DNA from: Chiloscyllium plagiosum
Lineage: Eukaryota
DNA length: 53,717 nucleotides
Direction: 5' to 3'
NCBI RefSeq assembly: GCF_004010195.1
Contig: NC_057753.1
Location: 13,627,628-13,681,344 of the forward strand
Both the position numbers and the translations under genes were made by a program. Below, in pieces: positions 49,840-53,717 of the stretch; the stretch's first letter is position 1, and each line of letters opens with the position of its first letter. Below the pieces are notes generated by a model that saw only the letters and a list, made by a program, of their open reading frames with translations, made no database searches and had not been told where the DNA came from.

Positions 49840-50200
49840 GTTATGAGATATGTGTGTCTTTGGGAAAGACAGCATTCATTGCCCTTCCTTGATTGCCCTT
49901 GAACTAAGTGCCTTTCAAAAGCGTTTGAAAGCCAATAAAGCGTTAACTGCCTTGGTCATGTCTGTAGTCACATGTTGGCCAGACCAGGTAACTGCAGCAT
50001 CATTCTTTCTCAAAAGGATGTCGAAATTTTGTGGGGTTTTTTTGTATGCCAATCGATTACTCTTTCATGTTTATCCTTACAGGGAGTAGTTAATCACAGA
50101 TTATTTCTTAAATGAATTTGCATTCCATTAGTCGACGTATCTACAGATCATTAGCCTGAGCCAGCGAATTACTAGGGCGGTGATATCACGATGACACCAT
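49840..50200 (-). mobile_element. Degraded Deu-domain SINE
   Basis: Similar to 5355-5745 (gtcacatgttggccagaccaggtaa). Confidence 0.6.
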
Positions 50201-50625
50201 CACCCGCCATTGCAATGTATATTATAACAGTTTTTCATTCGTTTTTCATTATTTATATTATGGATATTAAAATTATCAAATACGTTTTACCATTTTAAAG
50301 TTCAATTGACACGACTTTCGTTTGTTTTTCCAGGTTTTATACTTGAGAGCATTCATGTATAATGAGCAAGAACAGTGGATTGGTCGGACATTATATTGTC
50401 AATTGCAGTGTCCCAGCTGCACTATTCACCATTCCCCAAACGAGGACCGTAATAATGTCGCTGATATTCGGAAATGCTATTTCTCCTGCTTGAACTTCCA
50501 TGCAGATAAAATTTAAACACTCTTACCTTTTATGAATGCATAAGTGTGTTGAACGATAATAAGTAATATGTTTCATTGTTTGAAAACAGATCACCGGCTG
50601 GGGGTACTACCGTCACTATTTTTTA

Positions 50626-50950
50626 GGGTGGCATGGTGGCTTAGTGGTTTGCAGTGCTTCCTCACTGCACCAGCGACCCAGGTTCGACTCCCGCCTTGGG
50701 CGAATGTCTGTGTGGAGTTTGCACATTCTCCCCGTGTCTGCGTGGGTTTTCTCGGAGCGCTCTGGTTTCCTCCCACACTCCAAAGATGTGCATGTCAGGT
50801 GAATTGTCGATCCTAAACTGCCCATAGTGTTAGGCATATTACTCAGGGGTAAGTGTAGGAGAAATGGGTTTGGTGGGTAGCTCTTCAGAGAGTTGGTCTG
50901 GATTTGTTGGGCCAAATGACCTGTTTCCACACTGGAGGGAATTTAATCTT
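50626..50950 (+). mobile_element. HE1-type SINE
   Basis: ggcatggtggcttagtgg, ggttcgactcc, tgtgtggagtttgcacattctccccgtgtctgcgtgggttt, tail ctgtttccacact. Confidence 0.9.
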
Positions 50951-51188
50951 TCTCAGCTCTGAGTGCAGATTAGAGTCACTGCACGCACTGTCAAGTTAAC
51001 AGTCTAAGTATCCCCGCCCAAAGCTTCTGCTTCTTGCTGCATCGCCATGCCCATTCTCTCTGACCGAATTGTGCTTTTGGAGAGATTGCGGTCGCTGCGC
51101 CATTTTTTTATTGTTGGCTGGATCAGCATTGCAGATGGGCAAGGATCTGCATTGCTGCTCTATTTAAGTAACTGTATCGGCAAACAAG

Positions 51189-51647
51189 ATAGGGAACTGT
51201 CTCATACCGTTCCTTGTCATTGTATCTATTCTCAGTAAGTATCTCCTTCTCAGAAAAAAAGTTTATTTTTACAATACAACTGTTTTCTTTGTCGATGAGA
51301 TGATGACAATTATGTTGATCAATATGAGGCTGATGTTGGTTGTCTTTTTTTTACTGTTTCCCATGTTAGAATGGAGTCAGCAGGATACTATTGAACCTTT
51401 GCTGAAATGACAGTTGAAGAGGGAAAGGATATCGTCCTCACCTGCAATTTGAAAACAAGTGATTCTAATGCTTTTGCATACTGGTACAGTCAGAGCCCCA
51501 TGCATCCTCCAGAGTTCATGCTTCAGCTTAATGGGATGCGTTTGCGCAGGAACACTGGCATCAATGAACGATTTTCTTCGAATAAAACTGGCAAGATCAC
51601 TGAACTATCAATCAGCAATATCCTCATCTCCGACAGCGCCTGCAACT
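51189..51647 (+). pseudogene. T-cell receptor alpha/delta-type V gene segment, pseudogene
   Basis: Leader exon 51189-51234 (ATA in place of ATG; GNCLIPFLVIVSIL; A|gtaagt). Acceptor tgttag| at 51369. V exon reads WSQQDTIEP/frameshift/AEMTVEEGKDIVLTC...YWYSQSP...PEFML...RFS...LSISNILISDSA, with the YYC motif deleted. Confidence 0.85.
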
Positions 51648-51687
51648 CACAATATTGCAGAGATTAAATGGATCCCGTACAAAAACA
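51648..51687 (+). other. Recombination signal sequence, 23-type
   Basis: Heptamer CACAATA (51648-51654), 24-bp spacer, nonamer ACAAAAACA (51679-51687), directly after the V exon. Confidence 0.85.
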
Positions 51688-51899
51688 CACCTTGAGTGCT
51701 TCAGTTTCTACTCTTAAGGGACGCCGTAATACAGAGCCACATAAACAATTGAGTTCTGGTTTGGGGAGAACATAAATCTTTTAAAAGATGACGAAATGCA
51801 CAATGCTGAACAAGAGCAAAAGAGATTCTCATTTACTGATGTTTTATATCTGCAAACTCTATTCATACTATCAATTGGCTTTAAAAGTTCAGAAGAAGA

Positions 51900-52020
51900 T
51901 TCGCTGGATCTGATCTATTAACTCTAATTTCACTCCCAAGATGCTGCCAGATGTGCTGAGATTTTCTGGCAAATTGTGGCTTTGTTTCTGATTTCCACCA
52001 TTCGCAGTTCTTTCAGTTTT
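51900..52020 (+). mobile_element. Penelope-derived tail fragment
   Basis: agatgctgccagatgtgctgagattttctggca...tctgatttcca, similar to 28305-28385. Confidence 0.55.
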
Positions 52021-52199
52021 TACCTTAATGCATTGTTTTCTGACACTTGTTAGTTTTAGACTTCTGGTACTTACTAATTGAACATCATCAATCCAATCCT
52101 CAACTGTGATTGTCATCATTGCCTTCACAGATAACTAATATAACTTCACAATAAGCACTTTCATCTCAGTGAAAGTCCGTTCTCCTCTGACAACTGTAA

Positions 52200-52860
52200 G
52201 CAATGTGTTTTGTCATGAATGGTCTCGAGCTGTTATTGGTATTGCTGAACCTGTACTGTTACAGGCAAGTCCAGAGTATTACATCACAGTCCTGGATTGC
52301 GTGTTGTGGATGATAAACAGGCTTTGGGAGTCACGATGTGAATTACTCACTGCGGGTTTCCGACTCTCCGACCTTCTCGTACAGCAACACTACTTATATG
52401 GCTGGTCCAGTGTCTGGTGAATAGAAGTCCTACAGAATTCGATCATGGGATTTTAGTGATGGCAATGCAATTGACAGTCAGGAATGAGAGTTCGATTCGA
52501 ATTTTATAAATATGGTCAAAACATGGCGCTAGTGTGACGCACAGGTTACTTGAAACTATTCAGACAAGCGTGAATGCTATCCAACTATTTTGGGGTATGG
52601 CGATGAACTGTTTCAATACCTGAAGAGTCACAAACTACATATTGTAAAATTGTCAGTACGTATTTCCACTTCTTACTGTCCAGACCACGCTGATACAAAG
52701 GGCCTCAATAGATGCGAAACGGAACTCTCAAAGACTCTCAGATGTTGGATGCTCATTTTAGGAACATGGCCGCATCATTGTAACTTGAGTATGTTTGTTT
52801 GACTGGTCAGGTAGCAGCGCCAGCATCAGTGATTCCCAAACCCGGGGATGCCACCACTTT
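52200..52860 (-). mobile_element. Old degraded LINE fragment
   Basis: Similar to 33760-34090 (ttactcactgcgggtttcc...ctccgacct). Confidence 0.5.
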
Positions 52861-53717
52861 GCGAATGACAGAGAGACTGTAATAGATGAAGTAGATTAAA
52901 ATTAACAAGAATTGCCCTACGGCTGAGATGACTGACGTCCAATACCAAAAACAATTTCTTTTGTGTTAATTATGACTAATCAGCCAAGGGCATTCCCCTG
53001 ATCTTCACTGATGTACCTCATGAAGTGTTGTTATTACCAAAAATGATATTTCCTGCAACATGAGCTGTCATCTGGGACATGAGTAAGCTGACAGGTGTGT
53101 CAATTTTGATTACAGAAATTATTCTGCAGCGACATCCAGTGCAATATAGTCGTTCAGGTATTGACTCTAAAGTAGCCTCACGAATATTGATGAATGATTT
53201 TGCTCGAGTATTACTACATCTTTTATTATTAGTTGATGTTATTTCCAATCTGAGATTACTTGCCTGAGTTTTACAAATTGTCCAACACAATGCATATTGA
53301 TTTACACTAACCAGATCGATTTCAGGTGAATAATTTCACTAATATCTTGAAGATTAGTTGATTTATGAATATTGCACAGCAGCATCTAGCAATTGGTGGC
53401 GTCAACAGTGAGACTGGCGGAGCCTGTCTCCCGGTCCACAGATATTTTAATCCTTCCCTCAAATCTTTCTTTCCTGAAAGTGGAGACTCGAGTGCTTGAT
53501 TGCAGACAATGTCTGCCTCAAAATGTGAAGATTTTTTTGAGGCAGGATAAGTATTACGTTGAAGGGAAACAGGGTGCTACACAGCTCCCTGAAAAAAGAT
53601 TATATCGGAAATGTGTCCGAATGACAAGAAATAGCTGCAAACCCAAACAAAAGTAAATAAAATAAACATAATATGTACAAAGGGAATGTAATAAATGACC
53701 TGTGCATACATGTGCAG

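Overview
Repeat-rich vertebrate genomic DNA, most likely from a shark or other elasmobranch: it carries HE1-type tRNA SINEs, Deu-domain SINEs, CR1/HER1-type LINEs and Penelope-like elements with hammerhead motifs. There are two assembly gaps (26507-27113, 40136-41027). Gene content I can support: (1) a CpG-rich promoter (~7120-7450) preceded by ~7 tandem 179-bp CCAAT-rich units, probably driving an 11-finger C2H2 zinc-finger gene (12381-13367). (2) Two intact paralogous two-exon class A GPCR genes on the minus strand, GPR139/GPR142-like, 321 aa and 323 aa. Their 70-bp first exons (32514-32583, 45286-45355) are missed by the ORF track. (3) An orphan, inverted, degenerate third copy of the GPCR promoter, exon 1 and intron start (~18440-19050) inside a locally rearranged block. 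(4) A T-cell-receptor alpha/delta-type V pseudogene with a leader exon and a 23-type RSS (51189-51687). The best candidate for an under-described system is the GPCR cluster: receptors with almost no N-terminus, a shared O/E-like plus homeodomain-like promoter module, and a position next to an antigen-receptor V segment. All family assignments come from motif recognition, not database searches.
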